Source: an uncultured Pelagibacteraceae bacterium
Lineage (GTDB): Bacteria > Pseudomonadota > Alphaproteobacteria > Pelagibacterales > Pelagibacteraceae
Direction: 5' to 3'
DNA length: 64,000 nucleotides
Assembly (NCBI GenBank): GCA_902514945.1
Contig: CABXSO010000003.1
Span: 6,439 to 70,438, forward strand
Shown here: positions 10,374 to 20,140 of the stretch, piece after piece
Layout: each line of letters starts with the position of its first letter
Position numbering within the stretch: position 1 is the first letter of the stretch
The notes under the pieces: model-generated
What the model saw: the letters and a program-made list of their open reading frames with translations, nothing else
Databases searched by the model: none
What the model was told of the DNA's origin: nothing
Made by a program: the position numbers and the translations under genes

Positions 10374-11168
10374 ATGGAATACGAGAGAAAATTTAAAATT
10401 GGAAAACCAATATTAGAGGTGAATAATATCTCTCTCTCTTTCGGTGGTGTTAAGGCAATAACTGACACTTCTTTCAATGTACTTGAGCATGAAGTTAGAG
10501 CAATAATTGGACCTAATGGAGCTGGAAAAAGCTCAATGTTAAATTGTATTAATGGAATTTATAAGCCTCAACAAGGAACCGTTTCTTTTAAAGGAAAACA
10601 AATACCTGATATTACTCCAAATATTATGGCACAAATGGGCTTATCTAGAACTTTCCAAAACTTAGCTCTTTTTAAAAGAATGTCAGTTTTAGACAATATT
10701 TTAGTTGGCAGGAAACTTCATACAAAAACAAATTTTCTTGAAGTCGCTTTACAACTTCCTAAAGTAAAAAAAGAGGAAAAACAGAACAGAGATAGATCTG
10801 AGGAGATAATTAGTTTTTTAGAGATTGAAGATATTAAAGATACACCAGTTGGAAAACTTCCTTATGGATTGCAAAAGAAAGTTGAGTTAGGTCGAGCACT
10901 TGCAACAGACTCTACAATAATTTTATTAGATGAGCCGATGGCTGGTATGAATGTTGAGGAAAAAAGAGACATGTGTAGATTTATTTTAAAAGTAAATGAT
11001 GAACTAGGCACAACTATGGTGCTTATTGAGCACGATATGGGAGTAGTTATGGATATATCAGACAGAGTGGTTGTGCTTGATTATGGTAAAGTTATTGGTG
11101 ATGGTACACCAGATGAAATAATGGCAAATCAAAAAGTTATAGACGCTTATTTAGGAGTAGAACACTAG
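10374..11168 (+). CDS. livG: ABC ATP-binding protein, LivG-like
   Basis: GPNGAGKS, RTFQN, LPYG, LLDEP, IEHDM, AYLG. Confidence 0.9.
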   Translation: MEYERKFKIGKPILEVNNISLSFGGVKAITDTSFNVLEHEVRAIIGPNGAGKSSMLNCINGIYKPQQGTVSFKGKQIPDITPNIMAQMGLSRTFQNLALFKRMSVLDNILVGRKLHTKTNFLEVALQLPKVKKEEKQNRDRSEEIISFLEIEDIKDTPVGKLPYGLQKKVELGRALATDSTIILLDEPMAGMNVEEKRDMCRFILKVNDELGTTMVLIEHDMGVVMDISDRVVVLDYGKVIGDGTPDEIMANQKVIDAYLGVEH

Positions 11169-11177
11169 GATAAACAT

Positions 11178-12086
11178 ATGGTTGATGAATTATTATTTTT
11201 CATGGAAGTTGTAGTTGGCGGTTTGCTTGCTGGTACGATGTACTCTCTAGTCGCTTTAGGATTCGTTCTAATTTTTAAAGCCTCAGCAACTTTTAACTTC
11301 TCACAAGGGGCTATGGTTTTCTTCTCAGTGCTTGCCTTTTGTGGTTTCATGCAAGATTTTAATATACCTTTTGTGCTTGCATTTATTTTGGCTGCTCTTT
11401 TGATGGTAGTAGTTGGTTTATGTACTGAAAGATTAGTTTTAAGACCTCTGATGAATGCTAGCGAAGACACAGTACTAATGGCTACAATCGGTCTAGGGTA
11501 TGTTTTAGAAGGACTTGCTCAAGCAGCATGGGGAGTAGAAGTAAGAAGACTAGATTTAGGTATTGGAGACTTTCCAGTACCGTGGATCGCTGATAATTTA
11601 AAACTATTTATTAGTGCGCTTGATATTTTTGCAGGATTAGTGGCAGCTTTAATGATTATTGGTTTATTCCTTTTATTCAAATATACAAAAATTGGCCTCG
11701 GTTTGAGAGCTGTAGCAGATGATGCGGGTGCTGCTAGTTCAATAGGTATACCTTTAAAACATATTATGTTATTAGTTTGGTCAGCTGCTGGAGTTGTAGC
11801 TTTAGTCGCTGGGTGTATGTGGGGTGCAAGAGCCGGTGTTCAATTTGCTCTAGTTGATTTAGCATTAAAAGCTTTACCAGTCTTAATTATAGGTGGTTTC
11901 TCATCTATTCCAGGTGCAATTGTAGGTGGCTTAATTATTGGTGCAACAGAAAAAGTATTAGAAGTTTATATTGGACCATTTTTTGGAGGAGCAATTGAGG
12001 GATGGGCTCCTTACGTATTAGCAATATTCTTTTTATTATATAGACCAGAAGGTTTATTTGGAGAAAAAATCATTAGGAGAGTTTAA
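11178..12086 (+). CDS. livH: ABC permease, LivH-like
   Basis: YSLVALGF, NFSQG, TKIGLGLRAVA, RPEGLFG. Confidence 0.9.
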   Translation: MVDELLFFMEVVVGGLLAGTMYSLVALGFVLIFKASATFNFSQGAMVFFSVLAFCGFMQDFNIPFVLAFILAALLMVVVGLCTERLVLRPLMNASEDTVLMATIGLGYVLEGLAQAAWGVEVRRLDLGIGDFPVPWIADNLKLFISALDIFAGLVAALMIIGLFLLFKYTKIGLGLRAVADDAGAASSIGIPLKHIMLLVWSAAGVVALVAGCMWGARAGVQFALVDLALKALPVLIIGGFSSIPGAIVGGLIIGATEKVLEVYIGPFFGGAIEGWAPYVLAIFFLLYRPEGLFGEKIIRRV

Positions 12087-12089
12087 TAT

Positions 12090-13160
12090 ATGAAACCAGT
12101 TTTTATGACTTACACAAAAAAAGACCTAATTAACTTAGCTGTCTGTATGGTTCTAAGTGTATTAGTAATACCAACATTTATTACAACAGAATATTGGTAC
12201 ACCTCCATATTAATTCCTTGGCTTTGCTTAGCCTTAGCTACAATTGGACAACAAGTTGTTATGGGTTATACGGGACAATTAGCTTTAGGAGCAGCTGGCT
12301 TTATGGCTGCTGGTGCTTTTGCAATGTTTAACCTTATTTTGCGAGTGCCTGACCTTGGTTTCGTAGGCTCACTAATAGTGTCAGGTTTGATTGCAGCAGC
12401 TTTTGGAATTTTGTTTGGTCTACCAAGTTTAAAAGTAAGGGGAATTTATCTAATGGTGGCAACTCTAGCTTCACAGTTTTTTATCATATGGATGATAGAT
12501 AAATTTGGTTGGTTTAAAAACTACGACTCATCAGGAATTATTACTGCCCAAGACATAGTTATCTTAGGAAAACCATTTACAACTCCATTAGCGATGTATT
12601 TTGTATGTTTAGCTGTTACAACAGTTTTAACTTTATTGGCTATGAACATGGCGAGAGGAAGCACAGGCAGGAATTGGATGGCAGTTAGAGATATGGATAT
12701 CGCTGCAGAGTCTATGGGAGTTTCATTATTAAAAACCAAAGTCCAGGCATTTGCTATCAGCGCGTTTTATTGTGGAGTAGCTGGTGCTCTTTTTGCATTT
12801 TGTTATCTTAAATCTCTTGAGCCAGTCGCTTTTGATATTAAATTATCTTTTAAAATATTATTTATGTGTATCTTAGGTGGACTTGGCACAATAAATGGTG
12901 CTTTTATTGGAGCAGCTTTTATCTTACTTTTTCCAGTTCTTTTGAATGCTGTAGGAAACAATGTATTTCACGGAGCTATTGATGCTACAATTATTTCATC
13001 AATTGAACAGGTAATATTTGGTGGTTTAATGATTATATTTATGATTTACGAACCTTTAGGGATGGCCAAGTTATGGGAAAATATAAAACAAAAAATGAGT
13101 TTGAAGTTCCAATCCTCGAATGTCAAAGATTTGAAATCTTCTTTAAGTAAAAAATCTTAA
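12090..13160 (+). CDS. livM: ABC permease, LivM-like
   Basis: GYTGQL, GIYLMVATLA, GRNWMAVRD, GGLG, EPLG. Confidence 0.9.
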   Translation: MKPVFMTYTKKDLINLAVCMVLSVLVIPTFITTEYWYTSILIPWLCLALATIGQQVVMGYTGQLALGAAGFMAAGAFAMFNLILRVPDLGFVGSLIVSGLIAAAFGILFGLPSLKVRGIYLMVATLASQFFIIWMIDKFGWFKNYDSSGIITAQDIVILGKPFTTPLAMYFVCLAVTTVLTLLAMNMARGSTGRNWMAVRDMDIAAESMGVSLLKTKVQAFAISAFYCGVAGALFAFCYLKSLEPVAFDIKLSFKILFMCILGGLGTINGAFIGAAFILLFPVLLNAVGNNVFHGAIDATIISSIEQVIFGGLMIIFMIYEPLGMAKLWENIKQKMSLKFQSSNVKDLKSSLSKKS

Positions 13161-13165
13161 TTTTA

Positions 13166-13249
13166 GTGGATAAAAAAAAACTAATCATTGCACTTTTAAT
13201 AGGTATTATAATTGGATTTCTAGTAGAAAATAACTTCTTAGTTTTTTAA
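13166..13249 (+). CDS. Putative 27-aa single-TM small protein (not in ORF track)
   Basis: GTG...TAA encodes MDKKKLIIALLIGIIIGFLVENNFLVF; starts 5 nt after livM stop and fills the gap to gpsA. Confidence 0.55.
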   Translation: MDKKKLIIALLIGIIIGFLVENNFLVF

Positions 13250-13255
13250 AAAAAA

Positions 13256-14206
13256 TTAAATTTTTTTGTTATGTATGATTGTTTTTAACAAATGATACAT
13301 CAAAGGAATTTTTTTTTTATCAATTTTTCTTAAGATATATGGTGCGATTTCTCTAGCAAGTTGCTCACCTTCTACAGTTTCTCTGGGCATATACTTTTTT
13401 TTTGCAGCGGCAAACGTAAAACCCTTACCAAGAAAGTCTCCCATTTTACTATTTCTTCCACCGATAGCACTCACGTATAAATCACCAATACCTGCAAGCC
13501 CTAATATTGTTGACGCGTCTCCTTTAAAATATTTGATTAAAAATTTCATTTCATTCACACTTTTTTGAAATAAATCTGACTCAGCATTTAAATTTTGACC
13601 TGTACCAATAACCATTGCGTATATATTTTTAATTGCTGAACAAATTTCAATACCAATAATATCCTTTGAAAATTCGGTTAAATAATACTTGGTAGATATA
13701 ATTTTTCCAATCTGCTTTGCAATTTTAATATTCTTATTGGCAACAACTACACTGGTCTTATTTTTTTTGGCTAATTCTTTAGCTAAACATGGTCCTTTTA
13801 AGACTGACACGTTAGTAACATTATAATTATTTTTTAATAAGTCTGAAATCGTTAAAAGCTTTTTCTTTTTTTTATCGTATTTTAATCCTTTAGTAAGAAC
13901 TAGTAATGGAGTTTTAATGCTCAAATCTTTTAGTTCTTTTCCTATAAAATCTATACCAGCAAGACTTAATGCAATCACAATTAAATCATATCTTTTCTTG
14001 AATATATCTTTTGAGTAATTCACAAATCTTAATTTTTTTGGAAGATTAAGTTTCAAAGAAGAATGAAACTTTTTCTTTGAAGATAGGTTTTTAATAAAAA
14101 TTTTATTATATGGCTCTGTGATAGTAACAAGATTATTTTTTTCTAAACAGGGAATTGAAAAAGCAGAGCCCATAGCGCCACCACCAATGATTAATATTTT
14201 ACTCAT
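13256..14206 (-). CDS. gpsA: NAD(P)H-dependent glycerol-3-phosphate dehydrogenase
   Basis: GGGAMG, TKG, GPCLAKE, KNIYA, GLAGIGDL, RN. Confidence 0.88.
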   Translation of the reverse strand: MSKILIIGGGAMGSAFSIPCLEKNNLVTITEPYNKIFIKNLSSKKKFHSSLKLNLPKKLRFVNYSKDIFKKRYDLIVIALSLAGIDFIGKELKDLSIKTPLLVLTKGLKYDKKKKKLLTISDLLKNNYNVTNVSVLKGPCLAKELAKKNKTSVVVANKNIKIAKQIGKIISTKYYLTEFSKDIIGIEICSAIKNIYAMVIGTGQNLNAESDLFQKSVNEMKFLIKYFKGDASTILGLAGIGDLYVSAIGGRNSKMGDFLGKGFTFAAAKKKYMPRETVEGEQLAREIAPYILRKIDKKKIPLMYHLLKTIIHNKKI

Positions 14207-14382
14207 ATAATTTATTTAAATTTTACAATTATAAAAATTTCAACTAACACTTGAATAAAGCTTAACATAGAATTTCTTAATATAAAATTACTTATAATTT
14301 ATATTAATATAGGTTTATTTATAGTTTGAATATAAAAAAAATTATCGTTAATGATAATTTAACTTTAGCTTAAAAATTTAAA

Positions 14383-15504
14383 ATGCAAAACCGTAAGTTT
14401 AAATACTCTAAATTTTTGTTAAATAAAAATTATAATTTTAATAAAGAATATGTTTTAAAATACTTACCATCGAAATTTTTAATTGATGCTTATAAAAGTA
14501 TTTCAAAATGGAAAGGCTACCGTCCTACCCCTTTGTTAAATTTAAGTAGATTAAATAAAGATTTAAAACTTAATAATATATTTTACAAGGACGAGTCAAA
14601 AAGATTTAATTTAAAATCTTTCAAAGCTTTAGGGGGTGCATATGCTGTGGAAAAAATTTCGAAAAAAAAAAATAAGATTACTGTCTCATCAGCAACAGCT
14701 GGAAATCATGGAAGATCCGTAGCCTGGGGGGCAAAAAAATTAAAATTAAAATGTAAAATTTTTGTCAGTCAACATGTAAGTAAAACAAGAGTAGATGAGA
14801 TAGAAAAATTTGGTGCAGAGGTGATAAGAGTTAAAGGAAATTATGAAGACTCTTTAAGAAAATGCCAGAAATTATCAAGAAAAAATAATTGGAGTATTAT
14901 ACAGGATGTTTCAACAAAAAATTATAGATTTGTTCCCCAACTTACTATGGCAGGTTATTCTATTTTGATTAGGGAAATCTCTAAACAAACTAATCAATAT
15001 ATCACTCATATATTTCTTCAAGCCGGTGTAGGAGGATTAGCTGCTGGTTTAGTGGCTGGAGTAGCAAAATACTTTAAGAGAATTCCTAAAATTATAGTTG
15101 TAGAACCAGATAGAGCTGATTGTGTACTCCAAAGTATAAAAAGTAAAAAATTAAAAAAGATAAAAATTAAAAAAGAAAGTATTATGGGCGGAATGTCATG
15201 TAATGAGATGTCTCTTGTACCATGGCAGATATTAAAAAAGGCAACTAACTGTTGTGTTTCGGTTTCTGATAATAATGTAGCAAGAGCAGTAGCTAATTTA
15301 AAAGATAAAAAATTTAGCAAATCTTCAATAATTGGTGGTGAGTGTGCCACACCTGGAATAATTGCTTTAATTGGAATATGTAACGATAAAAAAACTAGAA
15401 AATTGATCAATCTTGATCAAAATTCAAATGTATTGGTAATAGGATGCGAAGGAAATGCAGATGTCAAACTTTACAAACAACTGCTATCTAAGGGAAGAAG
15501 ATAA
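14383..15504 (+). CDS. dpaL: Diaminopropionate ammonia-lyase (PLP, fold type II)
   Basis: KDESKRFNLKSFKALGG, ATAGNHGRSVAWGA, QAGVGGLA, IMGGMSC. Confidence 0.85.
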   Translation: MQNRKFKYSKFLLNKNYNFNKEYVLKYLPSKFLIDAYKSISKWKGYRPTPLLNLSRLNKDLKLNNIFYKDESKRFNLKSFKALGGAYAVEKISKKKNKITVSSATAGNHGRSVAWGAKKLKLKCKIFVSQHVSKTRVDEIEKFGAEVIRVKGNYEDSLRKCQKLSRKNNWSIIQDVSTKNYRFVPQLTMAGYSILIREISKQTNQYITHIFLQAGVGGLAAGLVAGVAKYFKRIPKIIVVEPDRADCVLQSIKSKKLKKIKIKKESIMGGMSCNEMSLVPWQILKKATNCCVSVSDNNVARAVANLKDKKFSKSSIIGGECATPGIIALIGICNDKKTRKLINLDQNSNVLVIGCEGNADVKLYKQLLSKGRR

Positions 15505-15513
15505 AAAATTTAT

Positions 15514-16935
15514 ATGACAAAAAATGCTATTACATGGATAAGGGAGGACTTTAGAATTGAAAATAATCCTGCTTTGTCTTACGCAACTCAAAATCATGAA
15601 AATGTACTCGCCCTATACATTTATAATAAAAATGACTATGACAATAAAAGAGAAGCCCAAAAATGGTGGCTTTCAAGATCTCTAGAAACATTTAGATCTG
15701 AATTATCTAAATACAAAATTAATCTTCAGATACTGGCAGGAGATGAATTAGATGTATTTTCAAAAATTAAAAAGAAAGATAATTACTCAATATATTGGAA
15801 TAAAATTTACGAACCTGACGTAATTGAAAAAGGAAAAAAAATTAGAGATATTTTCGTTAAAAATGAAATTGAATTTAAATATTTTAAAGGAAATATTTTA
15901 AATGAGTTTCAAGAAGTAACTAAAAATGATGGAACACCTTTTAAAGTGTTTACTCCTTTTTGGAGAAATGCTGAACAAAAATTTTTAGGTTTACCACCAA
16001 GTAAAAATTATGTTGTCAAAAAAAAAATAAAAACGCTATCTTTTTTTAAAAACTGTATAGAGCCAAAAGACGTGCTTCCAAAAAATAATTGGTACAAAAA
16101 ATTTGAAAATTATTGGAAGGTTTCTGAAGATGAGACAAAAAAAATTCTAAATAATTTAGTTAACAAAAAAATAAAAGATTATGGATCTGCCAGAGATTAT
16201 CCATCAGTTGAGGGTACGTCAAAATTATCTCCATATATTAAACATGGACAAATTCATGTAAGTACCATCTGGAAAAAATGTAACGAGATTGGGTCGAAAG
16301 GAATTGGCTACAGGAAATATATCAATGAATTAGGTTGGCGTGAGTTTTCACATAGTTTAATTAATTATTTTCCAGAGTTTTTAAAAGGAAACTATAGGAA
16401 AGAATTTGATAAATTTCCTTGGGTAAAGAATAATAAATTTTTAAAAGCATGGAAGTCAGGTATGACAGGTTATCCTATTGTAGATGCTGGAATGAGAGAA
16501 CTTTACGAAACCGGCTGGATGCACAATCGAATAAGAATGGTTGTTGGTTCTTTTTTGGTAAAGCATTTGAGAATAAATTGGACTGAGGGTGAAAAATATT
16601 TTAGAAATTGCTTATTAGATTTTAATAAAGCAAATAATGTAGCACAATGGCAATGGGTTGCAGGTTGTGGTGCAGATGCAGCTCCATACTTCAGAATATT
16701 TAATCCTATCCTTCAAGGAGAAAAATTTGATAAAGAGGGCTTATATGTAAAAAAATGGGTGCCAGAATTAAATAAAGTTCCGCAAAAGTTTATTCATAAA
16801 CCATGGGAGATGGAATTAAAATATCAACAAGCTATAAATACGATCATTGGAGAAGATTACCCAAAACCAATTGTAATACATGAGGAAGCACGAGCCTCAG
16901 CTTTAAAAGCTTTTCAAAGTTTAAAAAAAAATTAA
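15514..16935 (+). CDS. phrB: Deoxyribodipyrimidine photolyase (class I CPD)
   Basis: TSKLSPYIKHG, WREF, TGYPIVDAGMRELYETGWMHNR, GADAAPYFRIFNP. Confidence 0.95.
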   Translation: MTKNAITWIREDFRIENNPALSYATQNHENVLALYIYNKNDYDNKREAQKWWLSRSLETFRSELSKYKINLQILAGDELDVFSKIKKKDNYSIYWNKIYEPDVIEKGKKIRDIFVKNEIEFKYFKGNILNEFQEVTKNDGTPFKVFTPFWRNAEQKFLGLPPSKNYVVKKKIKTLSFFKNCIEPKDVLPKNNWYKKFENYWKVSEDETKKILNNLVNKKIKDYGSARDYPSVEGTSKLSPYIKHGQIHVSTIWKKCNEIGSKGIGYRKYINELGWREFSHSLINYFPEFLKGNYRKEFDKFPWVKNNKFLKAWKSGMTGYPIVDAGMRELYETGWMHNRIRMVVGSFLVKHLRINWTEGEKYFRNCLLDFNKANNVAQWQWVAGCGADAAPYFRIFNPILQGEKFDKEGLYVKKWVPELNKVPQKFIHKPWEMELKYQQAINTIIGEDYPKPIVIHEEARASALKAFQSLKKN

Positions 16936-17354
16936 ATTTCTCCTAAAAAATGGTGAATTATTGTTCGTGTTTGGGGCTTTAGTCTATGCTCAAACAAATA
17001 GATACCTTGCCAAGTACCAAGTAATAATTCACCATTTTCAACACTCAGTGATATCTGATTATTTGTTAAACTTGCTTTTATATGTGCTGGCATATCATCT
17101 TTGCCCTCTGTTGTATGAATATACAAATTGTTATCCATTGGTGCTAGATTATTAAAATAGTTAATCAGATCAGTTCGAACATCTGGATCTGCATTTTCTT
17201 GAATTATCAAAGAAGCACTTGTGTGTTGAATACTTAAATTCAGAATACCATTTTTAAATTTATTTTCATTTATCCAGCTAATAGTTTGATCTGTAAATTC
17301 ATACAATTTTTGTCCACTAGTATTAATTTTAAAGTTATTAAATTTTTGTATCAT
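16932..17354 (-). CDS. yjbQ: YjbQ/UPF0047 family protein
   Basis: HTSASLIIQEN.DPDV, EGKDDMPAHIK, LGTWQG. Confidence 0.92.
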   Translation of the reverse strand: MIQKFNNFKINTSGQKLYEFTDQTISWINENKFKNGILNLSIQHTSASLIIQENADPDVRTDLINYFNNLAPMDNNLYIHTTEGKDDMPAHIKASLTNNQISLSVENGELLLGTWQGIYLFEHRLKPQTRTIIHHFLGEI

Positions 17355-18412
17355 AATTTGAAATTTGAGGACGTTAATTCATATAAACGACTTATTGTTC
17401 TTTTAAATGGTTCTTTTAATGATTTTGCAGAGCTTAATTCATTTAAATCATTATCTGCAGTCACTGCAATTGGTATTTTCTTATCATAAACTATATCAAT
17501 TAAGGTTATAAAACGGTGCTGTTGATTGGAATTTATGTCATTAAATTGTGGGATTTGATCAATAACTATAAATTCAGACACTTTAATAATTTCCAAATAA
17601 TCTTCAGCACCTAAATTTTTATTACACAATTCATCAAAATTAAATCTTACGATACCCTGATAGTATTGATTAATTTGAAAATTTCTTCCTTTAATATTAA
17701 GTATCATATCAGTTTTTTTTTTATCTTTTGAAATTATTCGAAAAAACTTATTCATCTTAAAGTTTGTTTCTTGGTTTAAAGGAAAAAAATACCTATCACT
17801 TTGATTATCTTTTGATTTTCTATAATCATCATCGATTATAAGCTCATGCTCATTGGTCTTTTTTTTCATAATTTCAATAAATGGCTTGAATTGATCTCTT
17901 TGAAGACCATCTTTATATAATTCAGAGATCATTATATTCGAAGTAATAATAATTTTTATGTTTGCACTAAATATCTTATGAAATAATTTACCTAATATCA
18001 TAGCATCTACTATATTGGTGACTTGAAACTCATCAAAGTAAATTAATGAAGCCTTTGATTTTAAATTTTTCACGAATAAACTAATAATATCTTCGTCTCT
18101 TTTGTTTCTGTTCTCATGAACAAAATCATGAAAATTTAGCATAAATTCGTTAAAATGAAGTCTTATTTTTTTTTGAGAAATCAAATTAAAAAAAAAATCT
18201 AAAATCATCGTTTTTCCTACACCAACACCGCCGTGAAGATAAAAACCTTTTTTAGAGTCTTTTTTTTTAAAAAAATCCAAAATAGATAAATTAAAATTAG
18301 TATCATAAAAATCTTGGATTTTCCTGATTGCAAGAATTTGATTTTGATTAATTTCTAAATTTTTTGAGTCACAAAATAATCTAAATTTTTCCTCAAGATT
18401 TTTTTGCATCAT
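17351..18412 (-). CDS. zapE: AFG1/ZapE family ATPase
   Basis: GFYLHGGVGVGKT, FDEFQVTNIVDAMIL, LYKDGLQR, RTISRLYE. Confidence 0.93.
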   Translation of the reverse strand: MMQKNLEEKFRLFCDSKNLEINQNQILAIRKIQDFYDTNFNLSILDFFKKKDSKKGFYLHGGVGVGKTMILDFFFNLISQKKIRLHFNEFMLNFHDFVHENRNKRDEDIISLFVKNLKSKASLIYFDEFQVTNIVDAMILGKLFHKIFSANIKIIITSNIMISELYKDGLQRDQFKPFIEIMKKKTNEHELIIDDDYRKSKDNQSDRYFFPLNQETNFKMNKFFRIISKDKKKTDMILNIKGRNFQINQYYQGIVRFNFDELCNKNLGAEDYLEIIKVSEFIVIDQIPQFNDINSNQQHRFITLIDIVYDKKIPIAVTADNDLNELSSAKSLKEPFKRTISRLYELTSSNFKL

Positions 18413-18839
18413 TTTTTTTTATTTTAAAATCAATACCATATTCAGATCTTGGACCTTTTCTTAAACCAAAAGGTCCAGCAATAAATATTGTCAATGGTTT
18501 TGTTCCTGGTTCGAGATCAACTCTATGTAAATTATTTGCTGATCTAAAACCAATATATCCTGGTGGTCGCCAATATTTTCCAGAACTTAAAGTTTCCCAA
18601 TATCCTCCTTTAATTACTATGGTTATATAAGGAAATGGGTGGTTATGAACTCCTTCACCATGATCATCAGTCAACATCTCATGAATTAAAATATTAAATG
18701 GGAACCATTTGGGTCGATGTCTAAAAATTAAGAAATATCTATTCATCCACGGTTTGGCTAAATCAAATCTTGGGTGTGATGGCCCCCTGTCCAAAACAAC
18801 TTTTTTTCTTCCTAATCTATCTAAAAATTTTAAAAACAT
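18393..18839 (-). CDS. RmlC-like cupin-fold hypothetical protein
   Basis: HNHPF...GGYWE and HRV metal-site motifs. Confidence 0.7.
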   Translation of the reverse strand: MFLKFLDRLGRKKVVLDRGPSHPRFDLAKPWMNRYFLIFRHRPKWFPFNILIHEMLTDDHGEGVHNHPFPYITIVIKGGYWETLSSGKYWRPPGYIGFRSANNLHRVDLEPGTKPLTIFIAGPFGLRKGPRSEYGIDFKIKKNDAKKS

Positions 18840-20140
18840 TAATTTAGTTTAATTATAGCATTTTCTTTTACTAGATATAAATTATCATTCATAACAACAG
18901 GGCGTGAAATTTTATCATTATCAATTTTAAGAGTTGAAATTGTCTTGCCAGATTTTATATCAATTACTAATAATTTTCCTATATTTGTTGATAAATATAT
19001 ATTTTTTAAACCAACAATAAATCCTGTAGGTGTAATCTTATCTCTTTTTTTTGGATTAAAATTATCAAATATATCTGTGACTTTAATTATATTTCCAGTA
19101 ATTCTATCAATTACTACCAAGTAACCCTCTAATGAAATTGAGATTAAAAAGTTTTCAATTAAAGTAGGTCTTAAATTTGAATTAACAGTATTTTCCCAAT
19201 TAAAACTTCCAGATTTTATATCTACAGAAAAAAATTGATTTTTATTGTTTGAAAAAAATAAATTATTTTCATCTGCAATTATGTCTGATGTTTCAAGAGA
19301 GAAATTAGATTCATATACAACATTACTCCGAGTTGGTAATTGCCAAATTAATGCACCATCATTTACATTAACCGCACTAATGTCACCTAAAGAATTATTA
19401 AAGTAAATTACATCATCTATAATTGCCATTGATAATCGTTTTTGAGATCTTATTAATGCCATTTCTGTTTGAAAATTCCATAGCTCTTTTCCATTCTTGA
19501 TAGAAAAGCATCTTAATGTATTAGTAAAATCAATTACAAAAAAACGATCCTTATAAATCTTTATTTGTGAATTAAATGGTGCTGAATTATTTTTAGACCA
19601 AATTAAATCTCCATTTTCTAAATTTAAAATGTAATATTTGGATAAATTATCTACAACGACTAAAAATTTATTGTTATTAGCAAATTGTAAGATTGGATTT
19701 AATTTTTTTTCTGATTTCGAGTAATAATTTTTTTTCCAAATTAATTTTGAATTTTTATCAAATTGTAGAATTGTACCCTTATCGTCAAAAAAAATTATGT
19801 TTTTATTGTTAAAAGATATAACTGGTTCAAATTGATAAAAATTTTCAATTTTTGAAAATTTATATTTTGAAGATTTCTTCAATGAACCATTAAAGTTCAC
19901 TCTTCCATCATTGTTTGTAAGTTCTTTCGATAATTTATTTGTTTTTATAATTGGACTTAAATTTAAATTTATTTTTGTATTTAACTCCTTGCTTAGAGCT
20001 TCTTTATTACTAAAAATTTTTTCAAATTTTTTTTCTTTTATTTCTTTTATTTTTTCTGAAGTCCAAAATTTAGAGTTTTTATTAAAAGAACAGCCAGAGC
20101 ATAAAATAATAATAAAAAATAAATTAAATATCTTATTCAC
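18839..20140 (-). CDS. bamB: PQQ-type beta-propeller lipoprotein (BamB-like)
   Basis: Lipobox CSGC; repeated G.L.W units; downstream of YfgM-like gene. Confidence 0.75.
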   Translation of the reverse strand: MNKIFNLFFIIILCSGCSFNKNSKFWTSEKIKEIKEKKFEKIFSNKEALSKELNTKINLNLSPIIKTNKLSKELTNNDGRVNFNGSLKKSSKYKFSKIENFYQFEPVISFNNKNIIFFDDKGTILQFDKNSKLIWKKNYYSKSEKKLNPILQFANNNKFLVVVDNLSKYYILNLENGDLIWSKNNSAPFNSQIKIYKDRFFVIDFTNTLRCFSIKNGKELWNFQTEMALIRSQKRLSMAIIDDVIYFNNSLGDISAVNVNDGALIWQLPTRSNVVYESNFSLETSDIIADENNLFFSNNKNQFFSVDIKSGSFNWENTVNSNLRPTLIENFLISISLEGYLVVIDRITGNIIKVTDIFDNFNPKKRDKITPTGFIVGLKNIYLSTNIGKLLVIDIKSGKTISTLKIDNDKISRPVVMNDNLYLVKENAIIKLN

